Source of the DNA: a virus
Reading direction: 5' to 3' (one strand)
Length of the DNA: 64,000 nucleotides
Virus record (IMG/VR): IMGVR_UViG_3300010885_036069
Span: 52,662-116,661 of that record
The notes beneath the pieces were generated by a model that was not told the DNA's origin, did not search any database, and saw only the letters and a list, made by a program, of their open reading frames with translations. The translations under genes were made by a program, and so were the position numbers. Shown piece by piece: positions 1 through 8,135 of the stretch (position 1 is its first letter; the number at the start of each line of letters is the position of its first letter).

Positions 1-361
1 GGGCGAAGAGAGTCTTGCAAAGCTCTTCGCTGCTGGCGATCAAAATGTTCATGAGTGCATTTCCATTGTCTATGGGAACTCCTCTGGAGAAATGAGAGCC
101 ACAAGCATCCCCTACAAGCAGGAACTCGGGCGAAAAATCACTTGGCTCACCGAGTCTGTTCAGGTCGTAGATGAAGGTGCAAGCGGATCTTTCATTGAAG
201 TAATTAGATATCTATTTGATGTTGTTGAAATGATCCCATGGCCCACTGAGGGTTCTCCAGCGAGGTACATGACCGCCGTCGCTTCGCAGATGGGTGAGCA
301 TGGATTTATGCTCGTTTGCGGGATCCCAGGCACCGTTACCGACTGGGATTCTCCCTCCTAG
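1..361 (+). CDS. Hypothetical protein, 5'-truncated by the window edge
   Basis: The frame of ORF 92..361 stays open back to position 2 and ends in TAG. Confidence 0.6.
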   Translation, partial: GEESLAKLFAAGDQNVHECISIVYGNSSGEMRATSIPYKQELGRKITWLTESVQVVDEGASGSFIEVIRYLFDVVEMIPWPTEGSPARYMTAVASQMGEHGFMLVCGIPGTVTDWDSPS

Positions 362-363
362 TC

Positions 364-369
364 TATAAT
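364..369 (+). promoter_or_regulatory. -10 box (TATAAT) of a probable leaderless transcript
   Basis: TATAAT-ttacct-ATG(376), with no SD before the ATG. Confidence 0.6.
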
Positions 370-375
370 TTACCT

Positions 376-549
376 ATGGGTAAAGGTAAGGGCAGTTCAA
401 ATCGAGCAGGTGAGAGGACTCGGAAAAATCCTCTCACCGGAGAAATTGAGAAAGTTGCCGGCACCAAAGCCGGAAGGGGGCGTATGCGCGAGGCTCCAAA
501 CTCGCCACTTCGCACCCATGACCGCAATCAGGTAAAAAAACCCTCCTAA
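376..549 (+). CDS. Small basic hypothetical protein (MGKGKGSS...RKNPLTGE...)
   Basis: ATG 376 lies inside ORF 316..549, 6 nt after TATAAT; Lys/Arg/Gly-rich. Confidence 0.6.
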   Translation: MGKGKGSSNRAGERTRKNPLTGEIEKVAGTKAGRGRMREAPNSPLRTHDRNQVKKPS

Positions 550-625
550 TCAAGATAATTCTTGACTTTGACCTGTGAATCAGTAAGTATCTAGTGACCG
601 AATAAATAACCCAAGGAGTCTTGGG

Positions 626-853
626 ATGTTCAGTAAGTTGAAGTGCCTTCTATCTACCATTAACCAGAAGTCACAAGATGAGCCAATCATCCTTGTGGTG
701 TTAGCACTGTTTTTATTGATGTTTGTTTGCCTATTGTTGCTTATCGTGCTTCTGGCAGTCAAACTCCTAGGAATTCTATTTATCCCCGTTGTTTCCTTAC
801 TTGGGGCCATATCCATGGTTCTGATTGAGCGATTTGGGGAGGAAAGCGAATAA
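626..853 (+). CDS. Small membrane protein
   Basis: AAGGAG SD upstream; long hydrophobic stretch (about 2 TM helices). Confidence 0.6.
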   Translation: MFSKLKCLLSTINQKSQDEPIILVVLALFLLMFVCLLLLIVLLAVKLLGILFIPVVSLLGAISMVLIERFGEESE

Positions 854-855
854 GC

Positions 856-1407
856 GTGAACGAGGAAGCGACCGAGAATCCGTTTCTAACGGTTTGGATT
901 GAGTTGAGTCGCCATGAACTTTTATCTGCTGCGGTCGGGGGCTGCCAGCGTCGAGTGACCTCAATGGAAGTTGCCAGACCTCAGTTCTATGGCGCCGACG
1001 AACGAAACAACTATTGGCAAATTGATATTCAGGGTGCAATTGCTGAATATGCAGTAGCAAAGGCCTTTGATAAGTATTGGGAACCGGCAACTGATAAGTC
1101 GCTTAAATCGCTTCCTGGCGATGTTGGCTTCTACCAAATTCGGTCAACTGCACATAAGACGGGTCAGCTCATAGTCCATAAGGCGGATGCTGATGATGTT
1201 CCGTTCATTCTTGCCATTGTTTCTGAGCCGTATGTGAAACTTGCTGGATACCTCTACGGCGGTGAAGCAAAGGAAATTGGCGAGCAGCGAAAGTATGGAT
1301 GCACTTGGGTTCCACAGGAAAAACTCCGTTCAGTGACGGAACTAATTGATTTCCCTCAAATGGATGGGGTTTCAATCAAGAAGGCAAAACATCGTCAAGC
1401 CCAGTAA
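856..1407 (+). CDS. Hypothetical phage protein, possible PD-(D/E)XK-like nuclease fold
   Basis: GAIAEYAVA...PGDVG..QIRST pattern resembles a divergent PD-(D/E)XK core. Confidence 0.45.
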   Translation: MNEEATENPFLTVWIELSRHELLSAAVGGCQRRVTSMEVARPQFYGADERNNYWQIDIQGAIAEYAVAKAFDKYWEPATDKSLKSLPGDVGFYQIRSTAHKTGQLIVHKADADDVPFILAIVSEPYVKLAGYLYGGEAKEIGEQRKYGCTWVPQEKLRSVTELIDFPQMDGVSIKKAKHRQAQ

Positions 1408-1936
1408 CGCTCGCAATAATTTCTCTTGGGACTCCGAGCCATGTCAGCAGTACGGCAAGTTTGTATGGGTTGGCAGTAAATAGCGTTATGAAAGATCCAG
1501 AGAAAGCGCCATCACTGTCTGAAAAAATTGCTGATGATGACCCAGCCCAATCTTCACTTTTCCTGAGCCAACTTGAGAGATTCTGTGATGGATGTTGAGT
1601 TCTGGCGCTCCAGTCAAAACTGCCATCAGCAAGCAAACCATCAATATCCCTGTCTTTGTCAGCGTCAAAGATTTCTTCAAGAAAGTCATTTGAAAATCGC
1701 GCAGACCAAAGTCCTTGCACCTCATCATTTGAAAAAGACAAGCCCTCCGATGATGCAAGATGAATCGCTTCTTCAGTAATTTCAAATGGACCATCACTTG
1801 AAATTTCTACTCCGGCATCAGACGCTTTAAGCATGCGGATTCCGGAGCCAGTTTCAATAGCAACATGTGGTTCAAACCAGCAAGGCCGAGTCAATACTGC
1901 ATACAAATAACCATCTAGGGCTTTGTCTGAGTTCAT
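1376..1936 (-). CDS. Hypothetical protein
   Basis: 186-aa ORF directly downstream of 1950..2201. Confidence 0.6.
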   Translation of the reverse strand: MNSDKALDGYLYAVLTRPCWFEPHVAIETGSGIRMLKASDAGVEISSDGPFEITEEAIHLASSEGLSFSNDEVQGLWSARFSNDFLEEIFDADKDRDIDGLLADGSFDWSARTQHPSQNLSSWLRKSEDWAGSSSAIFSDSDGAFSGSFITLFTANPYKLAVLLTWLGVPREIIASVTGLDDVLPS

Positions 1937-1949
1937 GTGAGGAACCGTA

Positions 1950-2201
1950 TCAGAACTGGGAGTAGCCCCTCAATCCAGGTTCCGCCTGAGGACGCTCAAC
2001 CTCTGGCCATTCTCCGTATTGAGTTTCGGGAATTTCAAACTCTTCCTTGTTGCTTGAAATCAAAGACGCTCGAACTTGATCAATCCATGGCCAAGGCATG
2101 GAGAAGCAGCGCTTGGAAGAAACGAAAACTTCAATGCCATCCTCTCCGAGGCGACACACGACGGTTCCATCTGGATTGCTCATATCGCATGTTTCTGACA
2201 T
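1950..2201 (-). CDS. Hypothetical protein (probably leaderless)
   Basis: 83-aa ORF; TAAAAT-N6-ATG upstream (-10 at 2208-2213 on minus strand). Confidence 0.6.
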   Translation of the reverse strand: MSETCDMSNPDGTVVCRLGEDGIEVFVSSKRCFSMPWPWIDQVRASLISSNKEEFEIPETQYGEWPEVERPQAEPGLRGYSQF

Positions 2202-2218
2202 GCCCGTATTTTAATACA

Positions 2219-2249
2219 GAAAAGACCCCTCACCGAAGTGAGGGGTCTT
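2219..2249 (-). terminator. Rho-independent terminator of the rpf gene
   Basis: Minus strand AAGACCCCTCAC-TTCG-GTGAGGGGTCTTTTC: 12-bp stem, cUUCGg tetraloop, short U-tract. Confidence 0.85.
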
Positions 2250-2279
2250 CCCTTTTGGGTGACTCTAGGGCATTACCGG

Positions 2280-2861
2280 CTAGAGCCAGCCAAATTTGCG
2301 GCTACAGCCCGGCCAAGCCTTCCAGCCCGATCCGGCAAGGACTCGCTCAGCGATCACAATCTGCTGTTCACGAGAGGCTTCCCAGGGGTGAGGTGCGAAC
2401 TCGCCGCCGCCGTAGGACAGCCAAGTTGAGTATGAATGCTGGTGCATAAATTGGAGTCCGCCACCGAAACCGTTACCGGTGTTGGTCGCCCAATTACCCC
2501 CCGTTTCACACTGAGCCAACTGATCCCACCTGCTGCCATCGCCCGAGTCGTAGTTCGGTTCCGTGGGTGGCGCTTTGGGTGCATTTGCGGCTCGCTGAGC
2601 GGCTGCAACTTTCTCCTGCTCGATCTTATTAAGTTCCGCAAGGTAGGCATCAAGATTTCGCTGTTGCTCAATTTCAGCGAAATAAGCCTCCACCGCTGCG
2701 GTGTCTTCCGGTGTTACTTCCGTGGTTGATGGAGCCGATTGGGCTGCTGCAACTGCGGATCCTAAATCTCCTGCTTTCCGTGATGTTGTCATGATGCCAA
2801 TCGACCCGACTAGAAATAGGACGACTGTAAAAACGGCAATGTATAAACGATTGCTAAGCAT
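2280..2861 (-). CDS. rpf: Resuscitation-promoting factor (Rpf) lytic transglycosylase with N-terminal TM/signal segment
   Basis: WDQLAQCETGGNWATNTGNGFGGGLQF...ASREQQI..AERVLA..GW.AWPGCS is the Rpf core; hydrophobic N-terminus. Confidence 0.92.
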   Translation of the reverse strand: MLSNRLYIAVFTVVLFLVGSIGIMTTSRKAGDLGSAVAAAQSAPSTTEVTPEDTAAVEAYFAEIEQQRNLDAYLAELNKIEQEKVAAAQRAANAPKAPPTEPNYDSGDGSRWDQLAQCETGGNWATNTGNGFGGGLQFMHQHSYSTWLSYGGGEFAPHPWEASREQQIVIAERVLAGSGWKAWPGCSRKFGWL

Positions 2862-2984
2862 GAACTTTTCCTTTGCTCGGGAATAAGAACTGATTCCAAT
2901 TTGGAATCGTCACCAATCAGAAATCTCTCAGAGGCGACCCGTATAAGACGGTCAGAAAAGGCTAGCAAAGGGAATATCAGTATG
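2862..2984 (-). promoter_or_regulatory. Putative promoter and structured 5' leader of rpf
   Basis: CATACT -10 at 2979-2984; CCTTTGCT/AGCAAAGG closing stem covers the SD; internal hairpins at 2892-2908 and 2936-2953. Confidence 0.45.
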
Positions 2985-3037
2985 CAAGAACGCCCACGCA
3001 AGCGACATAAAGTTTTTTGTGGTACTTGACAAAAGTA

Positions 3038-3796
3038 TCAATCAATAGTATTCCAAGCCAAGTCATCTCCCTCAGCATAAATATCGCACCCAACTCCATT
3101 CCGTAGAAGCCTATTTGCCACTTCTACGGTCGTGTGGCTTCCACTAAAAGGATCCAAGACATTCTCACCTGGTCGCGTTGAAAGGGGGATGCAGCGAAGC
3201 GGAAGTTCCTCGGGAAAGGGTGCTAGATGGCCTCTCCCCTTAGCAGGAGGGAAGCTCCATACATTCCCACGCTCCGTTAGTTGATCCTCGTAAAAACGAT
3301 GTCCCTTATCCTTGGCGAGCATAAAGATGAACTCGCTAGAAACGCCTGGCCGGCGAGCATGCTTGAGATCTTCAGGACGAAGCATGCCCTTGTCCCAAGT
3401 GATTGAAGCCCTATAAAGCCATCCACAATCAACAAAAACCTCAACCACCCTGTGGGGAATATTCAGCCACTGCATTTTTGCTCTATCTGTTTCACCTTGG
3501 CGGTAGCGAGGCTTCCCATCTTTTGATCCGCCTTTGTTGTAGTCGCCCCCAGCGCCACCAGAGCCGGAGGCAGTATCGCCAAGATTGAGCCAGAGAAGAC
3601 CTTCATCGTCTAGTAGTCGGTTCCACTCTTTCGCGCATTTTTCCATGTCTTCCAAATAGTCCTGAACGGAGCCAGTACCAATTTCAAGGTCACTATTTCC
3701 GTATTTACGCAATCCGAAGTACGGAGGTGAGGTGACGATTGAGTGAAAACATCCATCTGGAAGCGGAATCTCGCGAGCATCAGATTTCAAAATCAT
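3038..3796 (-). CDS. Orphan N4-cytosine/N6-adenine DNA methyltransferase (beta class)
   Basis: TSPPY catalytic motif N-terminal; VLDPFSGSHTT SAM-binding motif C-terminal. Confidence 0.9.
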   Translation of the reverse strand: MILKSDAREIPLPDGCFHSIVTSPPYFGLRKYGNSDLEIGTGSVQDYLEDMEKCAKEWNRLLDDEGLLWLNLGDTASGSGGAGGDYNKGGSKDGKPRYRQGETDRAKMQWLNIPHRVVEVFVDCGWLYRASITWDKGMLRPEDLKHARRPGVSSEFIFMLAKDKGHRFYEDQLTERGNVWSFPPAKGRGHLAPFPEELPLRCIPLSTRPGENVLDPFSGSHTTVEVANRLLRNGVGCDIYAEGDDLAWNTID

Positions 3797-3883
3797 GTGA
3801 ATCCTTTGAGGTTTTTTGTGTGGTCAGTTTACCCCCCTCAGGACTTTGGATGCGACCACCGTGTCGTGGTGTATGGTCACCAG

Positions 3884-4207
3884 ATGTACACAAATGACCA
3901 TGAGGGTGCCTACCCGGAATACGTTTTAAATGACATCAGAATCATCAGGGCGAGTCGAACTCCCTGCATTATTTGTGGTCACCCAACTGGAGATTGCAGC
4001 GACAATTCAGCAGCAAAACCCCGCCAAATCATTGGGGACCATATGTTCCAAAAGTCAACGATTCCGCAGAACGAGGTTCTCGTTCTTGAGGATTTATTTG
4101 ATACGGTTCAAATTACCAACCGCACTTCAACTCGGGTATTGGTGGCTAGGGCCGGTACATACATATCACGCGACAAGGCAATTGAATTTGGACTTGTTTC
4201 ACCCTGA
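3884..4207 (+). CDS. Hypothetical protein with CxxCxHxxxxC motif (probably leaderless)
   Basis: ATG 3884 preceded by TATGGT-N6; CIICGHPTGDC. Confidence 0.6.
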   Translation: MYTNDHEGAYPEYVLNDIRIIRASRTPCIICGHPTGDCSDNSAAKPRQIIGDHMFQKSTIPQNEVLVLEDLFDTVQITNRTSTRVLVARAGTYISRDKAIEFGLVSP

Positions 4208-4285
4208 AGTAGTTAATAGCAGTATGTAGATTCGCCTAAGTTTGACTTACCAAAACAACCTCAATTAGCCCGAAAGGCATTTCCG

Positions 4286-6211
4286 GTGTCAGTTATCAGT
4301 TCTGATTTTGTTTCTAGTTACGCATCCCAAACCCCTCCTTGGGGATTCGGTGGAATGGGTGAAATTGTTTACCTGCGTACTTATAGTCGTTCAATTCCTG
4401 AATTGGGTCGCAACGAAATGTGGCCTGAAACCATTCAACGATGCATTAACGGCGCTGTTGAAATTGGAGCAGAACTTTCACAGGAAGAAGCGGAAAAACT
4501 CTTTGACCATATGTTCAATCTTCGCTGCTCACTTAGCGGTCGTTCCCTCTGGCAGCTCGGTACGCAACTGGTCAAGAAGTTCAACGGAACATCACTCAAC
4601 AACTGTTATTTCACCTCTATTGAATCCGTAGAGGACTTTGAACTTCTCTTTGATTATCTGATGCTTGGCGGTGGTGTTGGATTCTCCGTAGAGCGATCAA
4701 AGATTCATGAACTTCCAAAGGTGAAGTCTGGAGTCACAATTACTCACGAGCGCACCAACGATGCTGACATCATTGTTCCTGACTCACGCGGAGGATGGCG
4801 TCGTCTTCTTCATTCAGTTCTCAAGAGTTACTTCACGACGGGGAAGAGCTTCTCATACAGCACCCTTTTGATTCGTGAGTTCGGCGCACCTCTCAGCACC
4901 TTTGGTGGGACCGCTTCAGGACCAGGTGCATTGATTGATGGAATTTCCGATATCTGCAAAGTCATGGAGAATCGAGTCGGAAAGAAACTTCGATCAATTG
5001 ATGTTCTTGATATTTGCAACATTATCGGTCGCATTGTTGTAAGCGGTTCTTCACGCCGTTCTGCTCAGATTGCCATTGGCGATCCGGACGACATTCTTTT
5101 TCTTCGTGCCAAGAATTGGGGAACGGGGAACATCCCTGGCTGGCGAGCAAACTCAAACAACAGCATCTATGCAGATGCTTATGAAGAAATCATGCCTGAA
5201 CTTTGGAAGGGTTACGACGGTTCAGGAGAACCTTACGGACTTTTGAATCGTCGTCTTGCTCGCTCTTACGGTCGTGTCGGTGAGCGCAAATCAGATCCAT
5301 CAGTTGAGGGATTCAACCCCTGCGCTGAAATTGCCCTTGCTGACGGAGAGTCTTGCAATCTTGCAACAATCTTCTTGCCATCAATTGAGTCATTTGAACA
5401 GTTCTGTGAAATTTCAGAACTTCTTTATAAGGTTCAGAAGGCAATCACGAGTCTTGATTATCCATACGAGAAGACAACAACGATTACTCGCAAGAATCGT
5501 CGCCTTGGTCAGTCAGTAACTGGAATCCTTCAATGTTCTGAGGAACAGTTGGCGTGGCTCTCACTCGGCTATGAAAACCTTCGTGCTTTTGATGTTGCCT
5601 ACTCAGCGGAGCATGGAGTTCCAGAGTCAATTCGACTTACCACAGTTCAGCCGTCAGGAACGCTTTCGCTCCTCCCGGGTCAGACTCCTGGCATTCATCC
5701 AGCATTTGCTCGTTACTACATTCGTCGTGTTCGGTTCTCTAGTGCTGATCCCCTCGTGGAGTCATGCCGTAAGCGCGGCTACAACGTGGTTCCCGAGGTC
5801 GGTATTGATGGGCGGGAAGATCACACAAAGTGGGTTGTTGAATTTCCCGCAGAGTCCCCAGAGAATGCAGTCCTCGCTAAGGATATGACCGCAATTGATC
5901 AGTTGGAATGGGTAAAGCGTCTTCAGGCTGAGTGGGCGGACAACGCCGTTTCGGTGACGGTCTATTACCGCAAGGAAGAACTTTCAGAAATCAAAGATTG
6001 GCTTTCAAAGAACTACGACAAGCACATCAAGAGCGTTTCATTCCTTCTTCATTCTGACCATAACTTCCCACTCCCCCCATACGAGGAAATCAGCAAGGAG
6101 GAGTACGAGCGGATGCTGTCAAAGGTTGACTTCTCAATTTCAATTGCTCCGAATGCATCTGGTGACCTTCTTGATGAGTCCTGTGCAACAGGGGCTTGTC
6201 CTGTACGGTAG
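4286..6211 (+). CDS. nrdJ: Class II (adenosylcobalamin-dependent) ribonucleotide reductase, monomeric RTPR-like
   Basis: RTYSR, NNCYF, GGGVG, NPCAEI, TTVQPSGT and C-terminal CATGACPVR; no nrdB nearby. Confidence 0.93.
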   Translation: MSVISSDFVSSYASQTPPWGFGGMGEIVYLRTYSRSIPELGRNEMWPETIQRCINGAVEIGAELSQEEAEKLFDHMFNLRCSLSGRSLWQLGTQLVKKFNGTSLNNCYFTSIESVEDFELLFDYLMLGGGVGFSVERSKIHELPKVKSGVTITHERTNDADIIVPDSRGGWRRLLHSVLKSYFTTGKSFSYSTLLIREFGAPLSTFGGTASGPGALIDGISDICKVMENRVGKKLRSIDVLDICNIIGRIVVSGSSRRSAQIAIGDPDDILFLRAKNWGTGNIPGWRANSNNSIYADAYEEIMPELWKGYDGSGEPYGLLNRRLARSYGRVGERKSDPSVEGFNPCAEIALADGESCNLATIFLPSIESFEQFCEISELLYKVQKAITSLDYPYEKTTTITRKNRRLGQSVTGILQCSEEQLAWLSLGYENLRAFDVAYSAEHGVPESIRLTTVQPSGTLSLLPGQTPGIHPAFARYYIRRVRFSSADPLVESCRKRGYNVVPEVGIDGREDHTKWVVEFPAESPENAVLAKDMTAIDQLEWVKRLQAEWADNAVSVTVYYRKEELSEIKDWLSKNYDKHIKSVSFLLHSDHNFPLPPYEEISKEEYERMLSKVDFSISIAPNASGDLLDESCATGACPVR

Positions 6212-6216
6212 TGATC

Positions 6217-7008
6217 ATGAATCTCTCCGATCTGACGGTTCCCTATGAGGGGACGGGTGCTATTGACTGGAATGACGAAGGCGTTGTCATTCTTAAAAAT
6301 TTCATTCCCGAAGAACTCATGGTCGCTTATGAGGAATGCTGGATTAACAATCATGCAGTCGGAACACTTGATAACTATGAAATGACTTCCCCAAATGGGT
6401 GGAGTTATTGCACCCCGTATAGGGATCATCAAGAAGTTCTTGACATCCTTTCTTACGGACCTCTTCATGAGGAAATGAAAAACCTCATTGGTGAGTCAGT
6501 TGGGGTTCATCTGAACCTCACTGGATGGGTTTCAACTACTCGGAATTGGCATCAAGATTCTTACCTCAACCCCACTCATGTTGGTGATCGGTATATTGCC
6601 GCGTGGATAGCACTTGGGAAGATTGACCCCGACTCCGGACCTTTTCAGTATGTCCCCGGTTCGCATAAGTGGCCCCAAGTGACTCGCGAAAAGATCCTTC
6701 AGGCTCTCCCTGAGGGGGATCGTGACCACCTTTGGCCAACCCATAGCGAAAAAATCCTTACGCCTTTATTTGAGGAAGAACTCAAAAAGCGCAATTCGGA
6801 AATTGTCACCTATCTCCCAGAACGCGGAGATGTGCTTCTGTGGCATGGACGACTTCTTCATCGTGGTTCAGTTGCTAACATTCCAGGGATGGAGCGTCGA
6901 TCTTTGATTGCTCACTATTCGGGTGTTAACCATCGTGAAGATATGCCCTCTGCCATTCAGCACGGTGGCGGTTATTACTTTCCAGTTAATGACCTGAGCG
7001 GCAAATAG
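6217..7008 (+). CDS. PhyH-family Fe(II)/2-oxoglutarate dioxygenase
   Basis: WHQD (HxD), AWIAL...GPFQYVPGSHK, GDVLLWHGRLLHRG. Confidence 0.85.
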   Translation: MNLSDLTVPYEGTGAIDWNDEGVVILKNFIPEELMVAYEECWINNHAVGTLDNYEMTSPNGWSYCTPYRDHQEVLDILSYGPLHEEMKNLIGESVGVHLNLTGWVSTTRNWHQDSYLNPTHVGDRYIAAWIALGKIDPDSGPFQYVPGSHKWPQVTREKILQALPEGDRDHLWPTHSEKILTPLFEEELKKRNSEIVTYLPERGDVLLWHGRLLHRGSVANIPGMERRSLIAHYSGVNHREDMPSAIQHGGGYYFPVNDLSGK

Positions 7009-7009
7009 C

Positions 7010-7546
7010 ATGACTTCAACAGACTTGTTTATTAATCATGTAGCGACATTAGATAAGCCCAAGGTTCTTGAAATCGGAACCCTTCAGTGGGTTGATGGTG
7101 TTTCTACGCATCACGGAGCATGGTTGCCCGGAGGGTCCACTCATGTGATGTCTGATATCAAGGAAGGTAAAGATGTTGATGTTGTTGCTGATGCTCATGA
7201 TCTTTCCTTGTTTAGTGAAGGCGAGTTTGATGCTTTTATTGCTGTAAGTGTGTGGGAGCATCTCCGCAAGCCATGGATTGCTTCTGCTGAAGTCGCCCGC
7301 GTGGTAAAGCCTGGTGGGATTATCTATGTAGCCACTCATTTTGCTTTTCCCGTTCATGGTTACCCCTCTGATTATTGTCGATGGACAGATGAGGGATTGA
7401 AAAGTCTTTTTGATGAACCAGAGTGGCATTCACAACAGGCTGATTATGCATTTCCCTGCACGATCAAACCCCCACGAGAAGTTAAGGCTTGGAACACGCT
7501 TGCTCCGGCTTTTCTTAATGTTGCCATTTTTGCTATTAAGGCATAA
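7010..7546 (+). CDS. Class I SAM-dependent methyltransferase
   Basis: VLEIG, DVVADAHDL, FDAFI..SVWEH, RVVKPGG. Confidence 0.85.
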   Translation: MTSTDLFINHVATLDKPKVLEIGTLQWVDGVSTHHGAWLPGGSTHVMSDIKEGKDVDVVADAHDLSLFSEGEFDAFIAVSVWEHLRKPWIASAEVARVVKPGGIIYVATHFAFPVHGYPSDYCRWTDEGLKSLFDEPEWHSQQADYAFPCTIKPPREVKAWNTLAPAFLNVAIFAIKA

Positions 7547-7548
7547 CG

Positions 7549-7920
7549 ATGCCCACCTTCGGTGAACTAGCCCAAAATGGCGCAATAGCGATTCTTGAGG
7601 AAACCTTGCTTATTCTTCAGAAGCGAGGATGGACTCCTGGTGTTCACCGGAACATGGTTACCGGTGAGGTTGACATCATTGGGGCAATGGGGATTGCTTC
7701 TGGCGTCACGGTTAGTCAGATAGATGACTCGTTCGGCGTTCCAAGCGAGTTGATCCCACAGGCAAAAAGACCTGCTGTTTTCGTGGCATTAGAGGCTTCT
7801 GAGTGGGCCGTAGATTGCGATCTAACGGCTTGGCAGGATCAAATAGGTAGATCGTTTACTGATGTTGAAAAAGCCCTTCAGAAGGCGATTGACCATTTAG
7901 GGATCGTCGCTTCTTCATAA
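7549..7920 (+). CDS. Hypothetical protein (resembles DUF6197-type actinophage proteins)
   Basis: GWTPG...GEVDIIGA...WQD..GRS..DV pattern, recalled from memory. Confidence 0.5.
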   Translation: MPTFGELAQNGAIAILEETLLILQKRGWTPGVHRNMVTGEVDIIGAMGIASGVTVSQIDDSFGVPSELIPQAKRPAVFVALEASEWAVDCDLTAWQDQIGRSFTDVEKALQKAIDHLGIVASS

Positions 7921-8059
7921 CATCAATCCCTATCCCTCCGCAGCAAAAGCACGGAGTTTCACCGACCCACCAAACATCGCAGGGTTGACACTCCATGAGG
8001 TCTGATGGGATGCCCATATTGTCGTTGAAGATCACCTTCGGTACTAAAGACTCGCTCAT
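7856..8059 (-). CDS. Small zinc-ribbon-like protein (probably leaderless)
   Basis: CQPC...CFCCG; TAGACT-N6-ATG upstream. Confidence 0.55.
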   Translation of the reverse strand: MSESLVPKVIFNDNMGIPSDLMECQPCDVWWVGETPCFCCGGIGIDVMKKRRSLNGQSPSEGLFQHQ

Positions 8060-8078
8060 GGGGTAAGTCTAGGGAACT

Positions 8079-8113
8079 AAAAAACCCCTCGGCCCGAAGA
8101 CCGAGGGGTTTTT
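8079..8113 (-). terminator. Rho-independent terminator after the major capsid gene (possibly bidirectional)
   Basis: Minus strand CCCCTCGGTC-TTCG-GGCCGAGGGG followed by TTTTTT; A/T tracts on both sides. Confidence 0.9.
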
Positions 8114-8135
8114 CAAAGAATCTAACTAGTCAGAT

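Noticed and set aside
2862-2984. c-di-AMP (ydaO) riboswitch upstream of rpf
   Set aside because: The conserved GCTGAATC, GGGGAACC and CCCGTCAGCTAAC elements are not visible; kept only as an unknown structured leader.
4286-6211. Intein or intron in nrdJ (also considered for terL)
   Set aside because: Both proteins are normal length and continuous, with no splice-junction or LAGLIDADG motifs.
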